Assembly (NCBI GenBank): GCA_963667715.1
Contig: OY763926.1
Span: forward strand, 3,230,177-3,294,176
Source of the DNA: Sedimentisphaerales bacterium
GTDB lineage: Bacteria > Planctomycetota > Phycisphaerae > Sedimentisphaerales > SM23-30
Length of the DNA: 64,000 bases
Direction: 5' to 3'
Below the pieces are notes generated by a model. The model did not search any database and was not told where the DNA came from. It worked only from the letters and a program-made list of their open reading frames with translations. A program made the translations under genes and the position numbers. The number at the start of each line of letters is the position of its first letter. The first letter of the stretch is position 1. Positions 1 to 10,376 of this stretch are shown here, piece after piece.

Positions 1-3000
1 TGAAGAGGTCGAGTGCCATTTCGTAAGTACTGCCAAATTTCCAGCTCAACTTGTACTCAGGAGCATCGCTATCATCCATCGGCATAAGATCTGGACTTGC
101 CATATCTATCGCCATAGCACTGCCATCGAGCTTTGTTATCGCAATATCATTATTTGTCAGATCTGAATCGCCAGTTACACTTACCGCCCGTGCAATCAGA
201 TAATAGCTTCCAGAAGCATCCACCGGCATAGATGGTATAGTAAGAGTCTTTACAGCAAAACTAGCATTTGTAACCGCTCCACTAGCCAGGGATGCAACAT
301 TGTCAGAACTACTCAGCTCGATAATATCCGGGTCAGAGGCAATATCTGTTGGCAGTGTTTCTGTGGGTGAGAGATAATAGTGGATATCAAGACCTGCGGT
401 TTCATCGCTAGGGCCAATATTCTCGAAGTTACTATATACATCAAGTGTGTCGCCCCATTCGAGGACAGGCTGAAACATAATGGCAAGTTCCGGACTGAAG
501 AACTGCTGCCCTGCAATATCTATAGCCGTAGGTGTAGCAGAAGCACTATCAGCAATCGCCATATAGTCAGTTGTAATATAATTATTATAATTAAAAGTTT
601 CAGTTATAGCATCGTTCGTATCAAGAGCAAAAATCACCTGATAACCGCTAACATTATTTACGGTATCTTCTCCCCAGGCGGTAATAGCGGCGGCCTCAGC
701 TGGCAATGTGATAGTATACGCTACAACAGTTTCGCTCCCAGCCACAATACCACTAGTTACAGTATAGGCAGAGCCAACAGATATATCGTCTGCATCGAGG
801 GTATTATCAAATGACAAATATGCCTCAACATCAAAGGTATTAACACCAGCAGCAAGATCTGTATCACCTGCATTACCAATGACTAATGCAACATCATAAC
901 TGCCGCTCCATACCGCTTCACTATACTCTGGCAACTCAGCAGAAATCCCAACAATCTCCATACCAGTTACATCTTTTATATCACCGACTGGAATGTTAAA
1001 CGAATCGGTAGTATCCTCATCGTCAGCAAAAGTGATCCCAGATGCTGATGACAGTGTTGCAAATACAGTATAATCGCCATCAATCTGACTAACACCACTA
1101 AAATCAAGTGCAAATTCAGCTGTTAAAGGAGCACTGTTAGCCGCCAAAGTTGAGTCAACATTATTGAAATTGAAAGTGTATGTGCCGACCAAATCGTCAC
1201 TACCTGTTTCCAGTGTTTGGTCTGGTGATAGATAGAATTTAACATCAATACTATTACTACTTTGCTCTAAACCGCGATATGCACCGAGTTCAATACCAAC
1301 TGTTGGAGGTATCAGCCAATCTGCCGCGGGAGCGTTGGTATGCATTCTAATTTCTGGTTTTACATCATAGATCTCATTCTTAAGTTTTACCGCATAGGTG
1401 TTTGGTGCAGCGGCTGCTTCTGTTGCAACAGCGGTACCACCATCAACTTCTGCTACTATATAATATTGGGTTGGAGTTGATGAACTGAGAGAAGCTGGCC
1501 TGACCAAAGTTACTTGATTTAGAGCTGCACCAACAAGCTCACCAGAAAGTATATCTGTTTCGATAGTGGTTGAGCCAAGCTCTACTGGCGTAAAGGAAGT
1601 TGTGACATTGGTATCTTCGTTATCATGCAGATAAAAAGTAACTGTAATCGGCGCGGAATTATTAACACCGTTAGTAGCAACGCCAACATTAGCGATCAAA
1701 CTGTTAATGTCAACAGTATCCCCCCAATAAAGTCCTTCCTCATCATCTATATGCGAAAGGCTTATATCATAAGGAGATAGATCAGGATCAGTTGAGTCAA
1801 AATCACCCATCCATATACGGGTAGGCCCTGAAATATTATTACTAGTATCACCTGTCTCGTTTTGAGAACTTGCATCTATCTTGGCAAAGGCATAGGCCCA
1901 GCCGACCGTAGCCTGGGTATCACCGAAGTAATCAGGCACTGGGCTAGGGGTAAGAGACTCTGTACCAAAAGCAAGGCTGTCAGCTGTAATCGCCGCCCCA
2001 CTACTGGCTACCAGACTAACAGCATTTGTATCAGCAACATCATTCGACGGCGAGATAACAACTTCAACATCAAACCCTGTCGCAGCAGAATCGCCGGCAT
2101 TATAATATTGGATATTAGCTGCTGCCGTACCTGTCTGGCCCCAAATATAGTTCGGAACCTGCTCGCTGCCAATATCGCCAAAATATAGACGACCTGCGGC
2201 AAGGTCAACACCTGTAACACTCGAACTGGCAGCAAGTTCCAGCTCCTTTTCTATTGGCATAAGATTATTGGACTCATATACTTCTGTTACAGTTCCGCCT
2301 GTAGGCACGCCAGAACTAATACCTGTCGCATCTGCAACTGCTACAATATACATTGGCTCACCAACACCAAAAGGATTACTCGCGGGCATTTGTACATCAA
2401 CAGTTACCACTTCGCCCGTTCCGGCATCCATAGTTCCGGAAGTAGCTACAGTTGCAGGATTTGTGCCGTCAGTAGTCAACAGCTGGGCATCAGGAGTGAG
2501 GTACATATTATGGCTGATAAAGAAGGAAACATTAACCGTACTACCAGCATTTGTGTCGCCAACATTATGTACGCTGGCACTGGCTGAGTATATACCACCA
2601 TATGCTAACTCATCCATATAACCAATTGCAGGCACAAAAGCTTTACTAAGATTCAGCTCTATACCGCCAGTTGGGCTTGCCGGACCAATCGGAATGGTAA
2701 ATGAAGATACATTATTGCTAGTATCAGAGTCACTTATCGATGCGTCATCTATACTGACAAAAATCGCATAATCGCCGTCACTATAACCTGATGCTGGGAG
2801 TGTTAAGGTATACTGCCCCCCCAGAGTTTTGCCGGATGGTATTGAATCGTTAGTAAAATCAAGAGGGAGTGATGGTGTCTCCGGCTCCATAATCGTATTA
2901 GCATCCACTGTAGTGATATGATAATCAGAACCAATATCAAGGGTACCACTTTGATCTGCATCAAGATAAAAATCAACATTTGCAGTACCTGTAGACAGAT

Positions 3001-3235
3001 CGGTCCCGTTATTAGTCACTTCCAGGTAGAAATCAGCACTTTCACCCCAGTCTGGTGCCAGAAAATCAGCCGGCATAAGCAAAGCTTCCAGATCAGCTGC
3101 TAACATAACACGCGGCTCGAGAGCGTCCAGAACTATCCGGCTCTGGCGTTTGGCCTTTTGGCTTAATTTGCGTTTACTGTTTTGAGAGCGATTGATGAAA
3201 TGAAAGTTACGTTTGATTTTCCTCAGTAGTGACAT
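1..3235 (-). CDS. Giant secreted repeat (adhesin-like) protein, N-terminal >1070 codons; the C-terminus lies beyond the window start
   Basis: My own minus-strand translation from the ATG at 3235-3233 gives MSLLRKIKRNFHFINRSQNSKRKLSQKAKRQSRIVLDALEPRVMLAADLEALLMPADF... I spot-checked the frame as open near 3100, near 1900 and at 1-60 (..EYKLSWKFGSTYEMALDLF). It is absent from the ORF track because it has no in-window stop. Only short ORFs occur in the other five frames. The translated stretches look T/S/D/G/N-rich. Confidence 0.7.
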   Translation of the reverse strand, partial: MSLLRKIKRNFHFINRSQNSKRKLSQKAKRQSRIVLDALEPRVMLAADLEALLMPADFLAPDWGESADFYLEVTNNGTDLSTGTANVDFYLDADQSGTLDIGSDYHITTVDANTIMEPETPSLPLDFTNDSIPSGKTLGGQYTLTLPASGYSDGDYAIFVSIDDASISDSDTSNNVSSFTIPIGPASPTGGIELNLSKAFVPAIGYMDELAYGGIYSASASVHNVGDTNAGSTVNVSFFISHNMYLTPDAQLLTTDGTNPATVATSGTMDAGTGEVVTVDVQMPASNPFGVGEPMYIVAVADATGISSGVPTGGTVTEVYESNNLMPIEKELELAASSSVTGVDLAAGRLYFGDIGSEQVPNYIWGQTGTAAANIQYYNAGDSAATGFDVEVVISPSNDVADTNAVSLVASSGAAITADSLAFGTESLTPSPVPDYFGDTQATVGWAYAFAKIDASSQNETGDTSNNISGPTRIWMGDFDSTDPDLSPYDISLSHIDDEEGLYWGDTVDINSLIANVGVATNGVNNSAPITVTFYLHDNEDTNVTTSFTPVELGSTTIETDILSGELVGAALNQVTLVRPASLSSSTPTQYYIVAEVDGGTAVATEAAAAPNTYAVKLKNEIYDVKPEIRMHTNAPAADWLIPPTVGIELGAYRGLEQSSNSIDVKFYLSPDQTLETGSDDLVGTYTFNFNNVDSTLAANSAPLTAEFALDFSGVSQIDGDYTVFATLSSASGITFADDEDTTDSFNIPVGDIKDVTGMEIVGISAELPEYSEAVWSGSYDVALVIGNAGDTDLAAGVNTFDVEAYLSFDNTLDADDISVGSAYTVTSGIVAGSETVVAYTITLPAEAAAITAWGEDTVNNVSGYQVIFALDTNDAITETFNYNNYITTDYMAIADSASATPTAIDIAGQQFFSPELAIMFQPVLEWGDTLDVYSNFENIGPSDETAGLDIHYYLSPTETLPTDIASDPDIIELSSSDNVASLASGAVTNASFAVKTLTIPSMPVDASGSYYLIARAVSVTGDSDLTNNDIAITKLDGSAMAIDMASPDLMPMDDSDAPEYKLSWKFGSTYEMALDLF

Positions 3236-3561
3236 AACGAAATCTCCTGATTAGATTTTAATTTAAAACACCATCAGAAAATGTTTCGTCAAAAAAATGC
3301 ACACTGTTGCTATTTTTTATAAGTTAGACTACAAAAGTTTTACAAAAGTAATTATTACTATATATATGAAAGAGGGAGAACAACTGTTATTAGTGCTGAT
3401 AAAGCAGGTGGGGATAACAACATTAATGAAAGTAAACAGCTATGAATATACAATTAGAGTCAATAAAAAACAGATAAAAAATAACCATGTAGTCCGATAT
3501 CAGTATAGCACTACTGGAGGAGAAAACCCAACTCTACAAAGCCAAACCATTAGAACAGTAT

Positions 3562-3906
3562 CTATTGGTTATCACTACCCAAATAATCTTCAAAAGCAGA
3601 GGAACTAATAGCAGAACAAGAATCTGGATTACTAGCAAAGCGTTTCTTAATAACTTTGACAAGAACAGCTGCCACGCCCGCACCAATAATAAGCCCTACA
3701 AGAGAATACAAAATAACCATATTCTCCGTAACTTTCATGGTTTTACCAACAGCTCCGGCCAGGATAGCGACTGCCAGCGGAAAAAGAAAGGCTATTACAC
3801 TAGAGATAGCCAACCCACCAGGTGAGAGCGGCCCCCTATTCTCCTCTGCCCATACTTCACGACATTTATCAGTATTGGGACAATTTGAGCAGGCATGTCC
3901 TTCCAT
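3562..3906 (-). CDS. Small membrane protein with an N-terminal Cys motif, tentatively RseC/MucC-like
   Basis: 114 aa. It has an N-terminal CSNCPNTDKC motif followed by two hydrophobic helices (ISSVIAFLFPLAVAILAGAV, ILYSLVGLIIGAGVAAVLV). The family assignment is from memory of the RseC architecture only. Confidence 0.45.
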   Translation of the reverse strand: MEGHACSNCPNTDKCREVWAEENRGPLSPGGLAISSVIAFLFPLAVAILAGAVGKTMKVTENMVILYSLVGLIIGAGVAAVLVKVIKKRFASNPDSCSAISSSAFEDYLGSDNQ

Positions 3907-4289
3907 TTCTCTATAACCTTTCTACCTTCACCAGTAAATCATCAAAAGATAACTGGTCAAAACGTAATAATAACTTTTAATACAATATATCATTTTATAG
4001 CGTCATAAACACATTGTCAAGATAGAGTAAGTGGATTTGAATTTTACCTGAAACTGATTATAAAGCCATTTTATCACAGGCTTAACACTTCTCCACTCCC
4101 AAAAGGCAGATAACCGCCATAACTGTTACATTTGGTAATAAACCATCAATTATTATGTTTTTTTCCCTCAAGTCTGGTGTTTTTCACTCCGATATTTCAA
4201 AAGCAAAGAGCAAAATAATATATAATCAAAATATAGAAATGCAATAATTTTTATATTTATCGATTCATAAGGCTCCTTTCGTAATGCGG

Positions 4290-4331
4290 CCCTGTACGGG
4301 GAATTTATTTCTCGTGCAGGGACGTTTTTTT
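4290..4331 (+). terminator. Orphan rho-independent terminator-like hairpin upstream of the TPR gene
   Basis: A 9-bp stem pairs ccctgtacg (4290-4298) with cgtgcaggg (4313-4321), including one G-U pair. It is followed by acg plus a T7 run (4325-4331). No coding gene lies upstream on the plus strand. Confidence 0.45.
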
Positions 4332-4412
4332 ACCTGCCCAAACTCATTTCTCTGTATAAGCTAAAGTCCGTTTTTCCAGTAATTTATCATTACACTCGAT
4401 ACAGTCATAATA

Positions 4413-5876
4413 ATGATTATTTTGCACATTTTTATAATGCCATCCGTAATCTTTGACGATAAAAATTATGGTTACACAGTTTATGAGAGGCGTACTATGT
4501 TTTATGATTTTGACGACAATTATTATAATCCCGGCGAATGGTCAGACGCGGAATCCCAGGCAGAACAAGCTAGAGAATTCTACGAGAACGGCGACCTGGA
4601 AACAGCGATGAAAATGCTGAAATCCGCGATTAAGATAAATCCCGCCAATTCAGACTGGCTTTTCAATCTGGGCCTGACACTTGATACTCTCGGGCGTTTC
4701 AAAGAAGCTATCGAAGTATTTGAACAAGCACGAAACAATAGCCCCAATGATCTGGAAATAATGAACTGCCTTGGCGTAGACTATACCAGAGTTGGCCAGT
4801 ATGATTCTGCCCTGAAAACATTTGAAGAAATGGAAAAGGTAGATCCAAACTTTGAACCTTCATACTGCAACCGTATCATCACTTATACCGAAATGGGCCT
4901 ACATGACAAAGCCGAACAGATGTTCTATCTTGCAAGAGATATAAAAGAACACTGTCCGCTTTGCTACTATAACATTGGTAACTCACTTTTTTTCAGACAG
5001 ATGTACGATAAAGCCATCTGGTGCTGGCAGCAGACTCTGAAACTTGACCCTGAACATCCACAAATCGAATTCCGGATCGCACAGGCTTTGCGAGTAAGCG
5101 GTCAGGTAGAAATGGCACAACAGTATTATATTAGTGCCCTGCGTACCGAACCGGGAAATACCAAGGTTCTTATGGACTATGGCTTATTGCTGCTGGAAAA
5201 CAATGAACTTGGTAAAGCCAGAGAAAAATTCTACCGTGTACTTGAGCAAGACCCAAACAACGCCCAGGCCCATCATTATCTGGGTGAAATATTCCTGCAA
5301 AAAGGACGTATTGCCAGAGCTGTTGAATCATTCCTCAACGCATTAAAATATAACCATAATCTCGCCGGCCCGCATTTTAGGCTTGGTCAGTGCTATTTGA
5401 AACTGGGCCAAATCGCAAATGCCCGCGAGCACCTTATGGCAGAATACATGCTGGATGTTAATAACTGTAAAATACTCAACTCACTCGGCTGTATGCTGGA
5501 AGAAGTAGGCGCTACCCGCGAAGCGATAGATTGCCTGGAGCGAGCTGCTGCACGTAACGAAGAAGATTTCCAGACCCTATACAATCTCAGCCTCTGCTAT
5601 TATCGCCACGAAATGTACGATTATGCAATAAGTATTTCACAGCAAATACTAAAGATCAAGCCGCAACACGCTCATACATTGTACAATATCGCATTTTCAT
5701 ACCTGAAAACCGGTGATTTTAGCTCTGCAATGAAATATGCTGAAATGGGTATTAGGTTGTACGAACAGGATGATAAATTCAAACGTCTGTTCTATACGAT
5801 CAAGATCAAAAAAGCCTGTCAGACTATTAAGAACCCATACCATAAAGTATTTAAGATGCTCACTTTGAGCAAATAG
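4413..5876 (+). CDS. Tetratricopeptide (TPR) repeat protein
   Basis: 487-aa ORF with many 34-aa TPR-like units (A..A...Y..AL...P....A...LG). The real start may be the ATG at 4497 (MFYDFDD), which is preceded by gagagg. Confidence 0.85.
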   Translation: MIILHIFIMPSVIFDDKNYGYTVYERRTMFYDFDDNYYNPGEWSDAESQAEQAREFYENGDLETAMKMLKSAIKINPANSDWLFNLGLTLDTLGRFKEAIEVFEQARNNSPNDLEIMNCLGVDYTRVGQYDSALKTFEEMEKVDPNFEPSYCNRIITYTEMGLHDKAEQMFYLARDIKEHCPLCYYNIGNSLFFRQMYDKAIWCWQQTLKLDPEHPQIEFRIAQALRVSGQVEMAQQYYISALRTEPGNTKVLMDYGLLLLENNELGKAREKFYRVLEQDPNNAQAHHYLGEIFLQKGRIARAVESFLNALKYNHNLAGPHFRLGQCYLKLGQIANAREHLMAEYMLDVNNCKILNSLGCMLEEVGATREAIDCLERAAARNEEDFQTLYNLSLCYYRHEMYDYAISISQQILKIKPQHAHTLYNIAFSYLKTGDFSSAMKYAEMGIRLYEQDDKFKRLFYTIKIKKACQTIKNPYHKVFKMLTLSK

Positions 5877-5893
5877 TCGCTGGACAGCTAAGA

Positions 5894-6526
5894 TTACTGC
5901 AAATACTCATTCCACGATGCTTCCTGAGCTATCGTACTTGACATGCCGTGCCCAGGGTGAACACTGGTATCAGGAGGCAATACCATGAGCTTGTCCTTAA
6001 TGGATGAAATGATCTGATTATAATTACCACCTGGAAAATCAGTCCTGCCAATGGACCCGGCAAATAATGTATCACCAGTGATAGCAACATGTTCCTCTCT
6101 ATTAAGGAAACAAATCCCCCCTGCCGTATGACCTGGTGTTTCAACTACTTCCAGCTTGAAATCATAAAAGGAAATAATATCACCTTCTTTAAGCAGTTCA
6201 TCGGCCGCACCGGGCTTAACATTCAGGCCAAGCATAGCTGAAAGATTCTTCATCGGATCGGTGAGCATATCAGCATCTTTTGTACTAATTGCTACTTTTA
6301 CGTCAGGGAAATGTTTTTTCAGGGTAGATATTCCGGCTATATGGTCGCTATGACCATGAGTCAACAATATCCGCACCGGGTTCCAATGCTGCTCGGTCAA
6401 AAAGCTCATAAGCACTTCTACTCCATAGCCAGGGTCAACCAGCATACAATTATCGCTGTTTTCCGGACTGGTCAGAATATAACAATTCGTCTGATAATCA
6501 CCTAATGCCAAGTGCCTTACGTACAA
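5894..6526 (-). CDS. MBL-fold metallo-hydrolase (glyoxalase II-like)
   Basis: 210 aa with an LLTHGHSDHIAG metal-binding motif, a downstream TPGHTAGG, and GDTLF..SIGRTDFPGG. Confidence 0.85.
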   Translation of the reverse strand: MYVRHLALGDYQTNCYILTSPENSDNCMLVDPGYGVEVLMSFLTEQHWNPVRILLTHGHSDHIAGISTLKKHFPDVKVAISTKDADMLTDPMKNLSAMLGLNVKPGAADELLKEGDIISFYDFKLEVVETPGHTAGGICFLNREEHVAITGDTLFAGSIGRTDFPGGNYNQIISSIKDKLMVLPPDTSVHPGHGMSSTIAQEASWNEYLQ

Positions 6527-6731
6527 AACATACCCCTTTCACATATTGCAATTGTCGATAATTACAATAAAAGGAAATCATTCTCTAAATACATATGTTC
6601 ACATAAACCTAAGTAAACACAACAGCCAGATTCTAGCGGAATAATCAGATATTGGCAAGATATTACCTTTTTTTCATATTATCTGGTACTTTTCACTGTG
6701 TATATTACAACCATTCAGATAAAATACAGCC

Positions 6732-7214
6732 ATGATTCGGCGTGCTAAAATAACTGAAGATCAAATCCTCACGCATATATCCTTTGCTGCCAAAAATTAT
6801 TGGAAATACCCAGAACAGTACCTGGAAGTATGGGGAAATGAACTTACTATTACCATGGAATACCTCCGGCAAAATGATGTTTTTATTATTGAGCGAAATA
6901 TGGTTCCAGTAGGCTATTATTCTATAGTCGAGCTAAAAAATGATATAGAAATTCATAATGATATAATTTCCAAAGGTATCTGGCTTGAGCACATGTTCCT
7001 TATTCCAGAGTATATTGGCAAAGGCCTTGGCACTGAAATGTTTGCCCACCTCCGGGATTATTGTCAGCAAATGCAATATAAAGAAGTTGGCATACTTGCC
7101 GACCCCAACGCCAAAGGATTCTATGAGAAAATGGGCTGTAGTTATATCAGAGAAATACCATCGAATATCCAAGGACGAACAACACCATATTTAATATATA
7201 GCCCCACTATATGA
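6732..7214 (+). CDS. GNAT family N-acetyltransferase
   Basis: 160 aa with an acetyl-CoA-binding-like segment IPEYIGKGLGTEMFAHL and a C-terminal FYEKMG motif. Confidence 0.7.
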   Translation: MIRRAKITEDQILTHISFAAKNYWKYPEQYLEVWGNELTITMEYLRQNDVFIIERNMVPVGYYSIVELKNDIEIHNDIISKGIWLEHMFLIPEYIGKGLGTEMFAHLRDYCQQMQYKEVGILADPNAKGFYEKMGCSYIREIPSNIQGRTTPYLIYSPTI

Positions 7215-7216
7215 TA

Positions 7217-7732
7217 TTATTGGCGAAGTTCATGGGCCTGCTCACCGATTTGTCTTACCTGCTCTTTAATATCTGATACCTGATCAGTTATAGTCTGAAA
7301 AACAGTACTGGGCCCGGAAGTATCCCCTGACTTTCCAGATGAAGCTTCAACAGGATGGAGCTTGATACTGTGAGCCACTACTTCATCTGATTTTGTACTC
7401 AGATAACCAATAAACGGATGGTAACCATCTTTTGTGATCCTGACCTTCACATAGTTAATACTTTTAACAACACTTTCAGTAGTACTATATGAATAGTTCT
7501 TTATCTTACTTACCTTAGTAATAACCATCACTGGCTGGTCATCGAAAGGGGTAAGCCCCAGATCAGTGGTCTGAAATGCAGAAGGCATTTGCAATTGATA
7601 CACGCGGGCACCCTCAGGTTCTGTAGTAACAGAAATACTGCGTGTTTCATATTTAACTTTTAATTCTGGTTTATTACTGCAACCGCAAACAAATAGCAAA
7701 CCAACTAATAATACTGATAATATACACTTCAT
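7217..7732 (-). CDS. PEGA-domain lipoprotein
   Basis: 171 aa. It has a signal peptide with a lipobox (LLFVCGCS) and a VTTEPEGARVY PEGA-type motif. Confidence 0.65.
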   Translation of the reverse strand: MKCILSVLLVGLLFVCGCSNKPELKVKYETRSISVTTEPEGARVYQLQMPSAFQTTDLGLTPFDDQPVMVITKVSKIKNYSYSTTESVVKSINYVKVRITKDGYHPFIGYLSTKSDEVVAHSIKLHPVEASSGKSGDTSGPSTVFQTITDQVSDIKEQVRQIGEQAHELRQ

Positions 7733-7994
7733 TCTAATACTCCCTGATCAGTCAAACCATTATATAATCAATCGATAATATATAAGACGTAGTATAATAG
7801 AATTTGTTACTTATAAAATAATATACTACTAGTAATAACGATAAATACCAAGCTGTAAAGCACTTTTTTCATACAATTATTTCACACCAGATTACAATTT
7901 TGTCGCACAAAACCATCTATTTAGCTTAAAAATGGGCTGGCATAGTATTTGCTACCTATATAGTGGCAATAACCATAATACAGGAGAGAATATT

Positions 7995-8258
7995 ATGCCA
8001 CAAGAGAAGCTGGAAATGATAATGAAGTATCTTACGCCCAAAAGGATGGCGTCAATAGGGAATATAGCTAATGCTCTGGAACTGGAACCTGAAGTAATAA
8101 TACCTATGATCCAGCATCTGGAGAACGAGGGCAAAGTACGGCTGGCAACATCTGGTTGCTCCAGCGATTGCAGCTCTTGCAGTTCATGCGGAAGCGAAAC
8201 ATCAACAGCCCCTGCAATTACAGAGCGGACAATCGCGATATCACTGGTTTTAAAATAA
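7995..8258 (+). CDS. FeoC-like winged-helix protein with a Cys-rich tail
   Basis: I trimmed the ORF to the ATG at 7995, which is preceded by aggagag. The product reads MPQEKLEMIMKYL..IANALELEPEVIIPMIQHLENEGKVRL..SGCSSDCSSCSSCG. This architecture resembles FeoC. Confidence 0.55.
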   Translation: MPQEKLEMIMKYLTPKRMASIGNIANALELEPEVIIPMIQHLENEGKVRLATSGCSSDCSSCSSCGSETSTAPAITERTIAISLVLK

Positions 8259-8262
8259 AAAA

Positions 8263-8290
8263 GCCGGGGTGATACAATCTCACTCCCGGC
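8263..8290. terminator. Bidirectional terminator hairpin between convergent genes
   Basis: gccggg (8263-8268) pairs with cccggc (8285-8290). A T-rich tail follows on the plus strand, and a T-run (reverse complement of taaaataaaaaa) follows on the minus strand. Confidence 0.55.
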
Positions 8291-8345
8291 ATTTATATTT
8301 TGTAAAAGTTTGCAGTAGTTTTCTAGCTATATACAAGCACCTGTG

Positions 8346-10376
8346 TTATCTGGCTTTATGGTTATTAATAAGCTTTAAAACCCTGAGCACTTCAGCTACA
8401 CTCCAGGCCTGAGCGATACAGCCCTTTGGCCTGTGTGGAAAATCACCATCAAAGATCTCAGCTATACTGCCGATACATCCACCAGAGCGAGCATGTTCTA
8501 TCATTGGGCTCAAATATTCATAAGCCTGTCTGCGTGAACATTCTGAATAATCATTCACCTTCAGGAATGCTTCAACAAACGGGCCCATAAGCCATCCCCA
8601 AACAGTTCCCTGATGATAACCGCTATCACGACTGAACTGATCACCCCCATACCAACCGCGATATCTGCTATCGAGTGGGCTAAGACTACGTAAGCCAAAT
8701 GGGGTAAGCAGCTGATCTTTAACAACATTTACGACACTGCTGGCAATATCAGCTGGTAAACAGGTAAATGGCAAAGAAACCGCCATTATCTGATTTGGCC
8801 TGATAGCAGCATCCGGCGTGCCGTCTGGATAAATAAAATCATATAAACAGTTAGATTCCGGATTCCAGAAACGGTTAACAAATGAGTCAGCCGCTTTTTC
8901 CGCCCTATCCTGATATATTTTTCGTTCAGCACTACTATTTGCCGTCTCTTCCATAATCCTGAGAGCATTATACCAGAGAGCATTTATTTCCACTGCTTTA
9001 CCATAGCGAGGTGTAAAGGATATTCCATTACACTTGGCATCCATCCAGGTAAGCTGGGTGTCTGGGTCACCGCCAGTAATGAGCCCATCATTATCAGCGT
9101 GGATATTGTCTCTGGTGCCCATATGGTAGAACTCGACAATCTCCTTGAGCATAGGTCTGAACTTTGTCCTGAACAGCTTTAGATCACTGGTAGCCTGTAA
9201 ATACTGCCAAGCGGCATTAACAAACCATAGCGAAGCATCAATACTATTATAATGAGGCGGATTGCCATAGTCATCAAATCGGTTTGGTATCTGGCCACCA
9301 TCTAAAACATTGCCAAAAGTCTCAAGAACCTCCCTGGCCTCGTCAAAACGGCCTGTAGAGAGTAAAGTACCAGGTAGAGCAATGAAAGTATCTCGGCCCC
9401 AATCTGCAAACCAGTGGTAACCGGCAAGAATACTGGCTGAAACCTGAGTATTGCTAACTGCACGCCTGACAACCATTTGGTCAGCCGCCAGAACGAGTAG
9501 TTTTTCCTCTTCATTAGAAGCTTTGGCCTTTTCATAAAGATCGTTACGCCTTTTCTGACGGGCAGTGCGAACTTCATCCAGGCTAAGGCTCATATCTTTA
9601 GCACCACCACTGCCAGCCGATGCTGAGATAACAAGCGAGATAGTATCGTCACCAGTGATAGTCCGATGGAAAGAACCAACAGCACATACATCTTCATGAT
9701 CCTGCTGACCACGAAATGCATCAACCCGGTATTTCATAGAATACCACCAGTTACTATCCTGCTCAAAATAGCCGCCCGGCATAGTCATATGAGCCGCCGG
9801 GCCATTTGGATCAAGATGATGAACCGTGACAATGTCATTGTCATAACGAACATTTAGTGGCACTGAAGCATTCTGCATAGCATGGAAGTCACGTAAAACC
9901 AGCATTGGTGAAATCGTAATACTGGCAGTTTTACTCCCTAAGCCGGAAAAACTATAGGAAACAACCGCCCGGTCAGTTTCATAGCAGAGATAAATACTTT
10001 TTTCGACTTCTACGCCATCAAGGTCATAATAGAAATGCACACCACTATCTGAACGGAATTTTTTAAGATATTGGAATCCCTTAGGATGAATACAATCTGA
10101 AAACTCAAAGCTGGATATATCGTATGACTTATCAGCAATATTTACGGACTCCAATAGATTGCCAACGGTAACTATTCTTTCCACCGGCGGACGCAAAGAT
10201 GCGGTTAAAATACCATGATAGCGACGGGTATTACAGCCGATGATCGTACCTGAAGAATAACTTCCGCGGCTATTGGTTATCAGCCACTCTTTTTCAAGTA
10301 AAACATCCAGATCATCTGGATCAATTATAATTTCTTTATAATCCATTGTCTGCTCACTTAACTGACTCATCAGCAT
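8346..10376 (-). CDS. Glycogen debranching enzyme (bacterial GDE N-terminal domain plus amylo-alpha-1,6-glucosidase domain)
   Basis: 676 aa. It contains RRYHGIL near the N-terminus and GYHWFADWGRDTFIALPG, both typical of the GDE_N / GDE_C families. Confidence 0.8.
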   Translation of the reverse strand: MLMSQLSEQTMDYKEIIIDPDDLDVLLEKEWLITNSRGSYSSGTIIGCNTRRYHGILTASLRPPVERIVTVGNLLESVNIADKSYDISSFEFSDCIHPKGFQYLKKFRSDSGVHFYYDLDGVEVEKSIYLCYETDRAVVSYSFSGLGSKTASITISPMLVLRDFHAMQNASVPLNVRYDNDIVTVHHLDPNGPAAHMTMPGGYFEQDSNWWYSMKYRVDAFRGQQDHEDVCAVGSFHRTITGDDTISLVISASAGSGGAKDMSLSLDEVRTARQKRRNDLYEKAKASNEEEKLLVLAADQMVVRRAVSNTQVSASILAGYHWFADWGRDTFIALPGTLLSTGRFDEAREVLETFGNVLDGGQIPNRFDDYGNPPHYNSIDASLWFVNAAWQYLQATSDLKLFRTKFRPMLKEIVEFYHMGTRDNIHADNDGLITGGDPDTQLTWMDAKCNGISFTPRYGKAVEINALWYNALRIMEETANSSAERKIYQDRAEKAADSFVNRFWNPESNCLYDFIYPDGTPDAAIRPNQIMAVSLPFTCLPADIASSVVNVVKDQLLTPFGLRSLSPLDSRYRGWYGGDQFSRDSGYHQGTVWGWLMGPFVEAFLKVNDYSECSRRQAYEYLSPMIEHARSGGCIGSIAEIFDGDFPHRPKGCIAQAWSVAEVLRVLKLINNHKAR

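Noticed and set aside
313-3103. Short ORFs on both strands (for example 380-814 +, 1862-2188 +, 2268-2621 +, 2008-2235 -)
   Set aside because: All are overlapped by the single continuous minus-strand frame of the giant adhesin-like gene. Their translations are low-complexity or Cys/Ile-rich and look like off-frame artefacts.
3297-3916. Plus-strand ORFs 3297-3608, 3565-3825 and 3656-3916
   Set aside because: They lie in AT-rich intergenic DNA or are antisense to the RseC-like membrane protein gene. Their translations look non-protein-like.
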